The position numbers and the translations under genes were made by a program. The notes beneath the pieces are model-generated. The model was not told the DNA's origin and searched no databases. It was given only the letters and a program-made list of their open reading frames with translations. A DNA stretch of 33,061 nt from a virus. Lineage: Duplodnaviria > Caudoviricetes. How positions within the stretch are numbered: position 1 is the stretch's first letter; each line of letters begins with the position of its first letter. Of the stretch, positions 19,840 to 28,054 are shown one piece after another. The stretch lies in IMG/VR virus record IMGVR_UViG_3300032315_000710, positions 1 through 33,061 of that record; one strand, 5' to 3'.

Positions 19840-20103
19840 ATGGGCGACCCTGATACAAAATTTAAGAAGTCCAAGCGCCTTCTTAAGACGGCCGCCGCTA
19901 TTGATAAGCAAGTTAGCATTGCTAAAGAAGTAGGTTTGCCTGTACGAAAGGATCAACCACATCGATATGCTAAAATGCACTCGACAAACTGTGGTGACCC
20001 TACTTGCTATATGTGCGGTAACCCAAGAAAGTTTAGCAAAGAGAGAACCATGCAAGAGAAAAAGTTCATCGAAGGTGCAAAGCTTGATGCCCGAAATGAT
20101 TGA
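19840..20103 (+). CDS. Basic hypothetical protein with CxxxxCxxC zinc-like motif
   Basis: H..NCGDPTCYMCGNPRK. Confidence 0.7.
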   Translation: MGDPDTKFKKSKRLLKTAAAIDKQVSIAKEVGLPVRKDQPHRYAKMHSTNCGDPTCYMCGNPRKFSKERTMQEKKFIEGAKLDARND

Positions 20104-20196
20104 CTAACAAGCAGTCCTGCATTATATTAGACAGATACGCTCTGGGTTTCAGAGTTGAATCCTGCTAGAGTACCAAATTTATACGGAGAAAATATA

Positions 20197-20739
20197 ATGA
20201 TTGACGAATCCCAATTACCTAATGTCGTACCTGCTGTAACTTTTAAGACTCGTGTCCGCGATGACTCTATCGAAGGTCCGAATCCTTTTCGTTGGCAGGA
20301 TACAACTTCATATGATTACTTTGCAGGAAAGCGAGTAGTTCTATTCTCGTTGCCAGGTGCATTCACACCAACCTGCTCAACGTATCAGCTTCCTGGCTTT
20401 GAACAAAACTTTGATCAGTTCAAGGCTCTTGGAATTGACGAAATCTACTGCGTATCAGTCAACGATTCGTTTGTCATGAATTGCTGGGCTAAGGATCAGA
20501 ATTTGCAGAACGTCAAGGTTATCCCAGACGGTTCTGGGTTGCTCACTGCCAACATGAACATGCTTGTTCAGAAGGACAATCTTGGTTTCGGTGTACGCTC
20601 TTGGCGCTATGCTGTTGTTGTCAACAACGGGCATATCGAAAAGTGGTTCATTGAGCCGGGCATTGAACATAACTGTGCGGCGGATCCATACGGCGAAACC
20701 TCGCCTGAAAACATTCTTGCATACTTACGTACTACCTGA
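20197..20739 (+). CDS. Peroxiredoxin (Prx5-type)
   Basis: SLPGAFTPTCS peroxidatic motif, SVNDSFVM, GFGVRSWRY; start after GGAG SD. Confidence 0.93.
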   Translation: MIDESQLPNVVPAVTFKTRVRDDSIEGPNPFRWQDTTSYDYFAGKRVVLFSLPGAFTPTCSTYQLPGFEQNFDQFKALGIDEIYCVSVNDSFVMNCWAKDQNLQNVKVIPDGSGLLTANMNMLVQKDNLGFGVRSWRYAVVVNNGHIEKWFIEPGIEHNCAADPYGETSPENILAYLRTT

Positions 20740-20752
20740 GCGAACATAAGGA

Positions 20753-20788
20753 CAGGGCTGAAGCACTTTCTAATGAGTGTTTCGGTCC
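20753..20788 (+). terminator. Stem-loop after peroxiredoxin (possible terminator or stabiliser)
   Basis: GGGCTGAAGCACTT/GAGTGTTTCGGTCC hairpin; no clear U-tract. Confidence 0.4.
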
Positions 20789-20838
20789 AACCTGCCAGAT
20801 AAATACTAGTTTATCTATAGAGAAAGATAAATAAATCT

Positions 20839-21069
20839 ATGATAGAAATACTTAAACAGAGACTTCAGGGTTTAAAAGATGCTGCTGCTCTTCTTTCCGA
20901 AGAGGAAAGAAATGTTAGGTATGACGTATGTAAGTCATGCGAACACTTCGTTTCCTTGACTAATCAATGCACCAAATGTGGGTGCTTCATGGCGGCAAAA
21001 ACTTATCTTCCCTTTGCAGAATGTCCTGTTGGCAAGTGGAATAAAGTAAAAAGAAATCAGCAGGGATAA
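20839..21069 (+). CDS. Small Cys-rich metal-binding protein (DUF6171-like)
   Basis: R...CKSC...CTKCGC...K......CPVGKW; TAAATA at 20800 and 20828. Confidence 0.75.
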   Translation: MIEILKQRLQGLKDAAALLSEEERNVRYDVCKSCEHFVSLTNQCTKCGCFMAAKTYLPFAECPVGKWNKVKRNQQG

Positions 21070-21084
21070 AAAGGATTAACTACG

Positions 21085-22716
21085 ATGCAACAATATATTA
21101 TTGACTTTGTTAACAGTGCTACTGACGCAGAAATCAACGCATACCTAGATTCGTGTGGAGCAACTATAATCAAGAGCTTCAATGCGTTTGAAAAAGTAGT
21201 GCTAGTAGAATGCTTGGAAGTTCCACCTGCCAGTGACATCGTAGAACATATTAAAGATGATGATCACACCAATCACATCAAGCTGTTGACTACTATTCCT
21301 ATCCAAATGCCCGTTCTTCCTGCTGAAGGCAGCAAGACAGTTCAAGTCAGCGAGCAAAAAGATTGGTGGAAAGTCTATAGTGGTTCGGTAGTAGACTTAG
21401 ATGCTCCTAGCTTCCAGCTTCCATTAAGCGGTGCTGGGTCAGTCGTGTATTTGTTAGATAGCGGTATCAAGTTGGATCATTCAGAGTTCGAAGGTGCAGA
21501 CATTGAATGCTTGTACTCACTCACCGACGACTTTGTTGATAGAAAAGGTCACGGCACTGCTCTTGCAAGTGTGATCGTAGGGAAGACTTGCGGAATCACT
21601 AATGCGAAACTCAAAGTAGTTAAGTTGTTTGACACTGAAGTTCCTACTAGGCTAAGTGATTTCTTGAGTGCGATGGACGCGGTATACAACGACTTTGCGA
21701 CAAACAACTTGTATGGTATAATGAATTGTAGCTGGGCCATTGCAAGAAACGAATACATCGAAGCAAAGATGCAGGCTTTGTTCCGAGCAGGAATACAGAT
21801 CGTAGTTGCTTCTGGAAATGATGGGTCTGATATCGGTGATGTAACTCCTGCAGCAATGCCCGAATCAATCGTTGTTGGAGCGTACAATGCTTCTCTTTTA
21901 CCTTGCGACTTCTCAGATTATACCGGAACATCAGCCATTAGCGTAACTCCAGGTAGTACTAACGGCGGCAAGCTTTCGGGATGGGCACCCGGAGAGGACA
22001 TTTACGCTGCTAAATTAGACGGTGGTTATGGATTTTCTTCTGGAACTTCGATGTCAGCGGCTATTCATTCTGCGATCATCGCGTACAATGTGACATTGCC
22101 TCCTTTTCAGTTTGATGATAGTGTTAACGCGATCTGGAATAATGCAACAAGAAACAATGTATCATTCCTTGCTAAAAAAGGATTGTTGATGTTGGACGAT
22201 CCGAAATATCAAAACTCTCCTAATCTGGTTAGCCTTTTAATTACTGATATGAGCGAACCTTATAATAATGTTCGTCCAGCATTGTTCGCTGCGATATTTG
22301 CAGGTGCACCATTTAGAATCGTCATGTTTAACCCGATGAGTATTTCTTCAGTGACCTTACATGACCCGCTGCCGAGCGGAATGTCGATCAACCAAGGTGG
22401 AGTTTTGAGCGGATACGTTGATTCAGTAGAGGGTGACAGTGAAGATCATACCTTTTCGTTGAGCATAACAGACCTAGACGGTAACACCAGTGACGGGATT
22501 CTGAAAATTAGGATTCTGAAAATTTTGCCTAAACACACGCGAGCGTCGTACGATGTAAATGCTATCGTTCCGTATCAATTGAATGAGAATACCTGCGATG
22601 GGGGTTTCCCGCAGGCCTGTAGTGACACCAGCGAATGCTCGTCCTCCGAATGTGATTTTTTCGGACAAAACTGCGTTTGCCCCCCAAAAAGCAACGCCTG
22701 CGCCTGCGTAGGATAA
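21085..22716 (+). CDS. Subtilisin-family (S8) serine protease with prodomain, Ig-like domain and Cys-rich tail
   Basis: Catalytic triad VYLLDSG, GHGTA, SGTSMS; oxyanion ASGN; LPSGMSINQGGVLSG Ig-like repeat; 8 Cys in the last 40 aa. Confidence 0.9.
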   Translation: MQQYIIDFVNSATDAEINAYLDSCGATIIKSFNAFEKVVLVECLEVPPASDIVEHIKDDDHTNHIKLLTTIPIQMPVLPAEGSKTVQVSEQKDWWKVYSGSVVDLDAPSFQLPLSGAGSVVYLLDSGIKLDHSEFEGADIECLYSLTDDFVDRKGHGTALASVIVGKTCGITNAKLKVVKLFDTEVPTRLSDFLSAMDAVYNDFATNNLYGIMNCSWAIARNEYIEAKMQALFRAGIQIVVASGNDGSDIGDVTPAAMPESIVVGAYNASLLPCDFSDYTGTSAISVTPGSTNGGKLSGWAPGEDIYAAKLDGGYGFSSGTSMSAAIHSAIIAYNVTLPPFQFDDSVNAIWNNATRNNVSFLAKKGLLMLDDPKYQNSPNLVSLLITDMSEPYNNVRPALFAAIFAGAPFRIVMFNPMSISSVTLHDPLPSGMSINQGGVLSGYVDSVEGDSEDHTFSLSITDLDGNTSDGILKIRILKILPKHTRASYDVNAIVPYQLNENTCDGGFPQACSDTSECSSSECDFFGQNCVCPPKSNACACVG

Positions 22717-22719
22717 TGC

Positions 22720-23604
22720 ATGACTCCTTGGTTCAAAGTCAATGGGAAACTATTAGACTTCACGACTGTTGAATTTAAGGAAACCGTGAAGTACCCTATC
22801 ACGGCAGCAATCGAAGCAGTAAACGACATTGTAGAAAACTATCCGGCCCCTTACAACGTACTAGTAAGCGGCGGTATAGATAGCCAAGCTATGTTATATG
22901 CATGGAAGATGTCGGACCACCCATTCAATGCTGTCTCGTTTCGGTACAATCAAGATTTTAATTGGCACGACATAAAAACATTACCTCAATTTTGTGAACA
23001 AGAAAACATAGAGTATAAAATCATTGACTTTGACTACCTTGATTTTTTAGAAAATGAGTACGACAGCATAGCAAGAAAATATTGTTGCAGCAGTCCACAA
23101 ATAGCGATGCATATTAAAATGGCAATGATGTTGCCCGGAACTAATGTTTTCTCTGGAAATTTTCTATTAACGCAAGGTGCAAGTTTGTCTTGTGCCGTTT
23201 TGGGCACATATAGATTTAGTGTGACAGAAGAAGGAAAAAACACCATTCCTTATTTTTTCTTACACACGCCGGAATTGGCATACAGTCAAAATTACTTTAG
23301 GTATTCTAATCTACCCGCCCCGCAAACAGGTGATTCGGACTATCATCGACATGCTAATACATATCAAGAAATGGGATTTCCGGTAATACCTCAAGAAAAG
23401 AAACTTACTGGATTTGAAAAGTTTAAAGAACATTACGACAGTCACCAATATGTTTTAATGGATAAAACTAACCGATTGAGATACCACGGCAAACCAAGCC
23501 ACCGCCCATTCGATTGGTTATTCAGATACCCATATGAAAAAATGTTTGGGGATTCTCCCCTTAGCTATGTCTTGAATCCTCACCCCCTACTGATCGTAGA
23601 ATGA
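22720..23604 (+). CDS. PP-loop (adenine nucleotide alpha-hydrolase superfamily) ATP pyrophosphatase-like protein
   Basis: VLVSGGIDSQAM motif; KLTGFEKFK. Confidence 0.75.
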   Translation: MTPWFKVNGKLLDFTTVEFKETVKYPITAAIEAVNDIVENYPAPYNVLVSGGIDSQAMLYAWKMSDHPFNAVSFRYNQDFNWHDIKTLPQFCEQENIEYKIIDFDYLDFLENEYDSIARKYCCSSPQIAMHIKMAMMLPGTNVFSGNFLLTQGASLSCAVLGTYRFSVTEEGKNTIPYFFLHTPELAYSQNYFRYSNLPAPQTGDSDYHRHANTYQEMGFPVIPQEKKLTGFEKFKEHYDSHQYVLMDKTNRLRYHGKPSHRPFDWLFRYPYEKMFGDSPLSYVLNPHPLLIVE

Positions 23605-23635
23605 TCGGTCAGCACAACTGCATAAGGACAAAATT

Positions 23636-23842
23636 ATGAAAATGTATAACACACCCAAAACTGAAACGGTTATTACCGAAGAAGACTCGGTTGACAAGAA
23701 AATCAAGCTGCTGGATTTAAAAGTTTCTAGACTAGCAGAAGAAGTTAGTCGTATTAAGTCTATGGTACAAGCTACAAGTCGCCAAACTCGCCGCCAAAAT
23801 ACTGACATCAATAATTTAACGACGGTCGTCCGCAATAGATAA
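23636..23842 (+). CDS. Small coiled-coil hypothetical protein
   Basis: AAGGA SD; heptad pattern. Confidence 0.6.
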   Translation: MKMYNTPKTETVITEEDSVDKKIKLLDLKVSRLAEEVSRIKSMVQATSRQTRRQNTDINNLTTVVRNR

Positions 23843-23848
23843 AAAAGG

Positions 23849-23877
23849 TTGACACTGTTACCCAAACTTGCTATAAA
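23849..23877 (+). promoter_or_regulatory. Sigma70-type promoter
   Basis: TTGACA-N17-TATAAA, preceded by GC. Confidence 0.75.
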
Positions 23878-23900
23878 AAGGTATAGCAAGGAGATTGATT

Positions 23901-24147
23901 ATGACTCGTAACGAAGAACTTGAAACTCTCATCAATGAACTTTGGGAATCGGATGAAGCCTCTGCCCTAACCAATCAAGCTGCTCGTATGCTTGTAATAC
24001 TGCGTGACGAAGTTTACCGTCTTCGTAAAAAGTCGGTTGAAGATGGATGGATGGATCCTTAACCCTGATCGTAGTGGTGGCCAGTTCACGCAAGATGAAA
24101 TCAATCGCGGCGACGAACAATTTGGTAAGTGGCATCGCGGCCGGTAG
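23901..24147 (+). pseudogene. Hypothetical gene frameshifted at a GATG tetranucleotide repeat
   Basis: Promoter + AGGAG SD + ATG 23901; stops at TAA 24060-24062, but removing one 4-nt unit from 24042-24056 gives an 80-aa ORF ending ...GWILNPDRSGGQFTQDEINR...GR at TAG 24147. Confidence 0.6.
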
Positions 24148-24190
24148 TCTGCATTAAGGGATAAATGGGTAACAGAGTGAAGAAAAGTTA

Positions 24191-24219
24191 TTGACTTCAC
24201 CCTGTATACCTTATATAAG
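24191..24219 (+). promoter_or_regulatory. Sigma70-type promoter, probably leaderless transcript
   Basis: TTGACT-N17-TATAAG, ATG 6 nt downstream. Confidence 0.65.
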
Positions 24220-24225
24220 AAGACT

Positions 24226-24549
24226 ATGGCAAAGCGTTATCTATATACATTCACTAGACAGGACATCTTCAAAGAGTATCAGCTTGTGCAGACTGCACAT
24301 GTTGCGTACAAATTAGGTTGTAGGATGGATAAAGATGCGGATCCGGACAATACGTATTTCACATGCGTTGGTGTTCGCAACCTTGAAGCACTAAACGCAG
24401 TTGCTAAGATTCTGGATGAGTTCAATTACCACTATGAACGTTTTATTGAACCTGATTTGAACAACGGGGAAATGACTGCAATCGCAGTATACCCCAGAGA
24501 CGAAGACAAGCGGGATATTCTGCTTGCTTTTAACCTTCTAAAATTTTGA
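24226..24549 (+). CDS. Peptidyl-tRNA hydrolase type 2 (PTH2)-like protein
   Basis: R.D....QLVQTAH, V.NLEAL, F.EPD..NG..TAIAV.P and C-terminal L.L pattern of the PTH2 fold. Confidence 0.65.
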   Translation: MAKRYLYTFTRQDIFKEYQLVQTAHVAYKLGCRMDKDADPDNTYFTCVGVRNLEALNAVAKILDEFNYHYERFIEPDLNNGEMTAIAVYPRDEDKRDILLAFNLLKF

Positions 24550-24560
24550 GGATAGCAGTA

Positions 24561-24857
24561 ATGAAAAATATTATACTGACAAGTTGGAATTTCATTTTTG
24601 ACTACAACAAGAGCCCTCTGCGACATATTCCTGAAGGCAACATTAGACATATGATCTATCAGATGTTGGGTTGGATGTGGGCTATTTCCTTTTCTATTGC
24701 GATCGGAAGTTATACCTTTCTTGCTATTAGCTTGATCGGACACGCAGTACTCATCAGTGCAGCAGCGATAACCGTAGCAGTATATACTACGGCAACAGTA
24801 AAACCAAAGGCGTTCCGTGTTGTTTTGGGTCGCCGACCCGACGGTGAACATAACTAA
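24561..24857 (+). CDS. Conserved membrane protein
   Basis: WN.IFD...SPLRHIP...RHM..Q.LGWMW followed by hydrophobic helices. Confidence 0.7.
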   Translation: MKNIILTSWNFIFDYNKSPLRHIPEGNIRHMIYQMLGWMWAISFSIAIGSYTFLAISLIGHAVLISAAAITVAVYTTATVKPKAFRVVLGRRPDGEHN

Positions 24858-24870
24858 GAAAGAAGATACA

Positions 24871-25932
24871 ATGGCGTACTTTCTAAAGTCCGGTACTACG
24901 TATAAGGTTTCGTCAAAGGAATCGATGGACCTGCACGAATCACTTCCTGCAGGTAACTACACAGTTGGGCAGGATATGTTCGGTAACTTCTTCCTTGAGC
25001 AGATCGATTCGTTCGAACTGCCAAAGAAGATGTACGGTGATTCGCTTCGTCATACCGATCGTATCATCAATACCTTCTTTGCTCGTCCAGCGCAAACAGG
25101 CGTTATGCTGAACGGCGAAAAAGGTTCGGGCAAGACGATGCTTGCTAAGAACGTTGCTAACGAACTTGCAAAGCAAGGTGTTCCGACTATCGTGATCAAT
25201 CGTGATTGGACCGGTGACGGCTTCTTCAAGCTGTTGCAGGATATCGATCAGCCTTGTGTTGTTCTCTTTGACGAGTTCGAAAAGGTCTACGCTTCGGCCG
25301 ATCAGGAACAAATCCTCACTCTGCTTGACGGCGTGTTCGGCTCTAAGAAGCTGTACATGTTCACTGTCAATGATAAGTGGCGCGTCGATCAGCACATGCG
25401 TAATCGTCCCGGACGTATCTACTACATGCTTGATTTCAAGGGTCTCGGTGCTGAGTTCATCGTTGAGTATTGTGAAGACAATCTTACTGAACAGAAGTAC
25501 ATTGATCAGATTGTTTCAATCGCAAGCCTGTTTGGTGAGTTCAACTTCGACATGCTCAAGGCTCTTGTTGAAGAAATGAATCGCTACAACGAAAGCCCGA
25601 CTGATGCTCTTGCGATGCTAAATGCAAAGCCCGAGTTTGATACCGGCACGAAGTACGCGGTTGAAGTTATTCATATGGGTAAGGCAGTTGAAAAGCCCCA
25701 CACTTCTGAGTTCAGCGGCAACCCGCTGAGCCCTAAGGGTTTTGGGATTGAGTTTGATACTGACCCGAACGACGCTGATTCGGATTGGACATGTGTCCGA
25801 TTCAACCCCAACTCGTTGATTAACCTCGACGCACAGGCAGGGAAGTTCATCTTTGAAGATCAAGGAACTCGTGTCATTCTGACTCGAATGCGAGAAAAGG
25901 CTTATTACGACTACTCTAGCTTGCTGTTCTAG
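24871..25932 (+). CDS. AAA+ ATPase
   Basis: Walker A GEKGSGKT, Walker B VLFDEFEK, LLDG, sensor/Arg-finger TVN...RNRPGRI. Confidence 0.92.
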   Translation: MAYFLKSGTTYKVSSKESMDLHESLPAGNYTVGQDMFGNFFLEQIDSFELPKKMYGDSLRHTDRIINTFFARPAQTGVMLNGEKGSGKTMLAKNVANELAKQGVPTIVINRDWTGDGFFKLLQDIDQPCVVLFDEFEKVYASADQEQILTLLDGVFGSKKLYMFTVNDKWRVDQHMRNRPGRIYYMLDFKGLGAEFIVEYCEDNLTEQKYIDQIVSIASLFGEFNFDMLKALVEEMNRYNESPTDALAMLNAKPEFDTGTKYAVEVIHMGKAVEKPHTSEFSGNPLSPKGFGIEFDTDPNDADSDWTCVRFNPNSLINLDAQAGKFIFEDQGTRVILTRMREKAYYDYSSLLF

Positions 25933-25977
25933 CTTGTCTTGTAGTGCGTATAAACATCTTGTAAAGGAAACAGTAAT

Positions 25978-26505
25978 ATGAGTCAATTTGGAACTGGAAC
26001 ATGGGTGGATGCTGTCAAAAACAGCATCCCCGAACACCTCTCTCACCTAGAGAGAAATATTGAAATCGTCATGACCCAACACGGACTAGACGAGGTCGAT
26101 GCACACGCATGTGCATTAGCTGCTGCTATAGCATCGGGGAACGGTGAGCTTGCATTTGAAATCTCAATGAACGGTCCTTTGTTTGGCAAGGTCGAACGGG
26201 AACTAGTAGCGCAATCGGTTGTGAGTATGTCAATTGACACGGTGTATCTATCTTACCTAGCCGCAGTTGACATTGCAGATTATAAATCTCCGAAGCCACA
26301 CCCGCTAGAAATTTTCGAACCGATCATGACTGATGAAACGGGCAAGGCTGCGATGTATGCGTTTGCTGCTGCAATCGTGTTAAAGCAAAATAGAGCATTC
26401 GCACTTGTTGACCTGCTCAATGGGCGTGGCTACACTCGTGAGCAAGTTCAAGGCATTGCTGCTATCGCAGCCGTAGTTTCGGCAATCAACAAAATTGGTG
26501 TTTGA
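25978..26505 (+). CDS. AhpD-like (alkylhydroperoxidase D/CMD fold) protein lacking CxxC
   Basis: W.D.VK..IP...N, LDEVDAHACALAAA, GYT.EQ...IA.IAAVV resemble AhpD; CxxC position reads KQNRAF. Confidence 0.6.
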   Translation: MSQFGTGTWVDAVKNSIPEHLSHLERNIEIVMTQHGLDEVDAHACALAAAIASGNGELAFEISMNGPLFGKVERELVAQSVVSMSIDTVYLSYLAAVDIADYKSPKPHPLEIFEPIMTDETGKAAMYAFAAAIVLKQNRAFALVDLLNGRGYTREQVQGIAAIAAVVSAINKIGV

Positions 26506-26558
26506 TTCCTGTCACTGTAAGACTGCTTCAAAAATATTTTACTGCGGCAATTTTTCGG

Positions 26559-26587
26559 TTGACATGGAAAACTAACGGTACTATAAC
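26559..26587 (+). promoter_or_regulatory. Sigma70-type promoter
   Basis: TTTTTCGG-TTGACA-N17-TATAAC. Confidence 0.75.
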
Positions 26588-26617
26588 AAGACATAGAGTT
26601 TGAAAACGGAGATTGTT

Positions 26618-26785
26618 ATGAAAATGATTTGGGTTCTGGGATACGATCAATACTATCCCAGCGGCGACAACTTCGAAGCGTCGTTTGAGACTTATGAAGA
26701 AGCCGAAGCGTATGTTGAGAGTGAAAAGGCCAAAGACTATCCCCGCGATTACTATCGAATTGTTGATATCTCTGATAGGCTCTAA
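26618..26785 (+). CDS. Small acidic hypothetical protein
   Basis: GGAG SD; YDQYYPSG.NF..SF.T.EEA. Confidence 0.7.
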   Translation: MKMIWVLGYDQYYPSGDNFEASFETYEEAEAYVESEKAKDYPRDYYRIVDISDRL

Positions 26786-26798
26786 GGCGATTTTTTTC

Positions 26799-26827
26799 TT
26801 GACAACAGTTTTGTTGTGATATATAAA
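26799..26827 (+). promoter_or_regulatory. Sigma70-type promoter at the head of the tRNA/ncRNA operon
   Basis: TTGACA-N17-TATAAA. Confidence 0.7.
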
Positions 26828-26913
26828 GAGTAATATGTAGTGCAAATTGACGAAAAGTTGAAAAACTAGCCGTTAAAATGCACTGTTTGAAACCAGGACT
26901 AAATAAACATACT

Positions 26914-27057
26914 ATGATTACTAACCGTTCGATATCGCTGAAACAGCATGACACCAGACTTTGGGGACAACTCTCCGTGTTGGGTCAAGTTGCATTGGCA
27001 TATCCGACAGATATTCGCAGTGCCTTTAATTCAATGGAAGGGGTACCGGGTGGATAA
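26914..27057 (+). CDS. 47-aa possible leader peptide
   Basis: MITNRSISLKQHDTRLWGQLSVLGQVALAYPTDIRSAFNSMEGVPGG after TAAATA; followed by a terminator-like hairpin. Confidence 0.45.
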   Translation: MITNRSISLKQHDTRLWGQLSVLGQVALAYPTDIRSAFNSMEGVPGG

Positions 27058-27088
27058 GTAAACATAGTTATAAACATGTTTATTTTGC

Positions 27089-27123
27089 CCCTGGGAATCG
27101 AAAGAGACTCAGGGTTTTCCTTT
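27089..27123 (+). terminator. Intrinsic terminator/attenuator-like hairpin
   Basis: CCCTGGGaaTC-GAAA-GAgaCTCAGGG followed by TTTTCCTTT. Confidence 0.55.
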
Positions 27124-27348
27124 AGTAAGAGGCATAAATCTCTTACAGTTAGGGTGAGAGACCTAACAAAAGTGCAAGTCGGAACGAGGCTGCAAAGCAC
27201 TATAAAAAAAGAACGGGCGGTGATAGGGATGAAATCTGCGGAGAGAACGCAGAGAGTAAAAACTTTCAGTGAGGAACATTATGATTCCTCGCAAGCGGGC
27301 AAGTCCGAAATGCCGGACAACATAGTCTCGCTTGTCAACAAAAGGCTA

Positions 27349-27439
27349 ACCATTTATTATTTAAGAACATGAGAGAAGAACATTAGCCCCGGGCTGCGAA
27401 CCCGGTTGCGCCCTCTACTGTTCTTTAATAATGAATGGT
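27349..27439 (+). ncRNA. Long-stem-closed RNA cassette A
   Basis: ACCATTTATTATTTAAGAACA / TGTTCTTTAATAATGAATGGT imperfect stem enclosing a CCGGG-ctgcgaa-CCCGG hairpin. Confidence 0.55.
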
Positions 27440-27471
27440 CAATAAAGATTAATGAATACCATCAAAGTTAT

Positions 27472-27554
27472 GCTGCTGTAGTTCAGTCCGACGTAAGAAC
27501 ATCACGCTAATAATGTGAAGGTCACGAGGGTCGTATGCCTCGTCAGCGGCACCA
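27472..27554 (+). tRNA. Atypical tRNA-Ile(AAT)
   Basis: GCTGCTG/CAGCGGC-A-CCA; TCACG-CTAATAA-TGTGA; enlarged D loop and non-canonical T loop. Confidence 0.6.
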
Positions 27555-27561
27555 TTTTTAT

Positions 27562-27635
27562 TGGGGAATAGTGTAATGGTAACACACCGGTTTTTGGTAC
27601 CGTCATTCTGGGTTCGAGTCCTAGTTCCCCAGCCA
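27562..27635 (+). tRNA. tRNA-Gln(TTG)
   Basis: Cloverleaf, U1-A72, G73, encoded CCA. Confidence 0.92.
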
Positions 27636-27640
27636 AACAC

Positions 27641-27716
27641 GCTGCCTTAGCTCATATGGTAGAGCGTCGGTTTAGTAATCCGAAGGCGGTCAGTTCGATC
27701 CTGACAGGCAGCACCA
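27641..27716 (+). tRNA. tRNA-Thr(AGT)
   Basis: Canonical cloverleaf, loop TT-AGT-AA, ACCA end; U31:U39 as in the Thr(CGT) gene. Confidence 0.85.
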
Positions 27717-27724
27717 TTCTTTAT

Positions 27725-27801
27725 GGCTCCTTAGTTCAACCGGATAGAGCGCCTGCCTTCGAAGCAGGAAGTTGGGGGTTCAAATCCCTCAGGGGTCGCC
27801 A
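27725..27801 (+). tRNA. tRNA-Arg(TCG)
   Basis: CCTGC-CTTCGAA-GCAGG, GGATA D loop, GCCA. Confidence 0.9.
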
Positions 27802-27807
27802 CTATAT

Positions 27808-27884
27808 GCCCGCGTAGCTCAGCTGGATAGAGCATCAGACTACGAATCTGAGGGTCGGAGGTTCGAATCCTTCCGCGGGCGCCA
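27808..27884 (+). tRNA. tRNA-Arg(ACG)
   Basis: Canonical; TCAGA-CTACGAA-TCTGA. Confidence 0.95.
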
Positions 27885-27974
27885 ATTCTACCTTAAAGAC
27901 TAATTGATGCCTGGTTGCTAAATGCATAAATCCAGAAGCGTATAGATTAGCGCCCGTGCGGTGGTTGTTTTTAT

Positions 27975-28048
27975 GTACGCTAAGTGTTACGGTAGCACCA
28001 CTGGTTCCAACCCAGTTAGCGTGGGTTCGACTCCTACAGCGTATGCCA
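27975..28048 (+). tRNA. tRNA-Trp(CCA)
   Basis: ACTGG-TTCCAAC-CCAGT, G73, CCA. Confidence 0.8.
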
Positions 28049-28054
28049 ATTCAT

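Noticed and set aside
1355-26240. Antisense and alternate-frame ORFs inside long genes (e.g. 1355-1969, 9913-10221, 15240-15539, 24940-25395)
   Set aside because: Shadows of well-supported + strand genes
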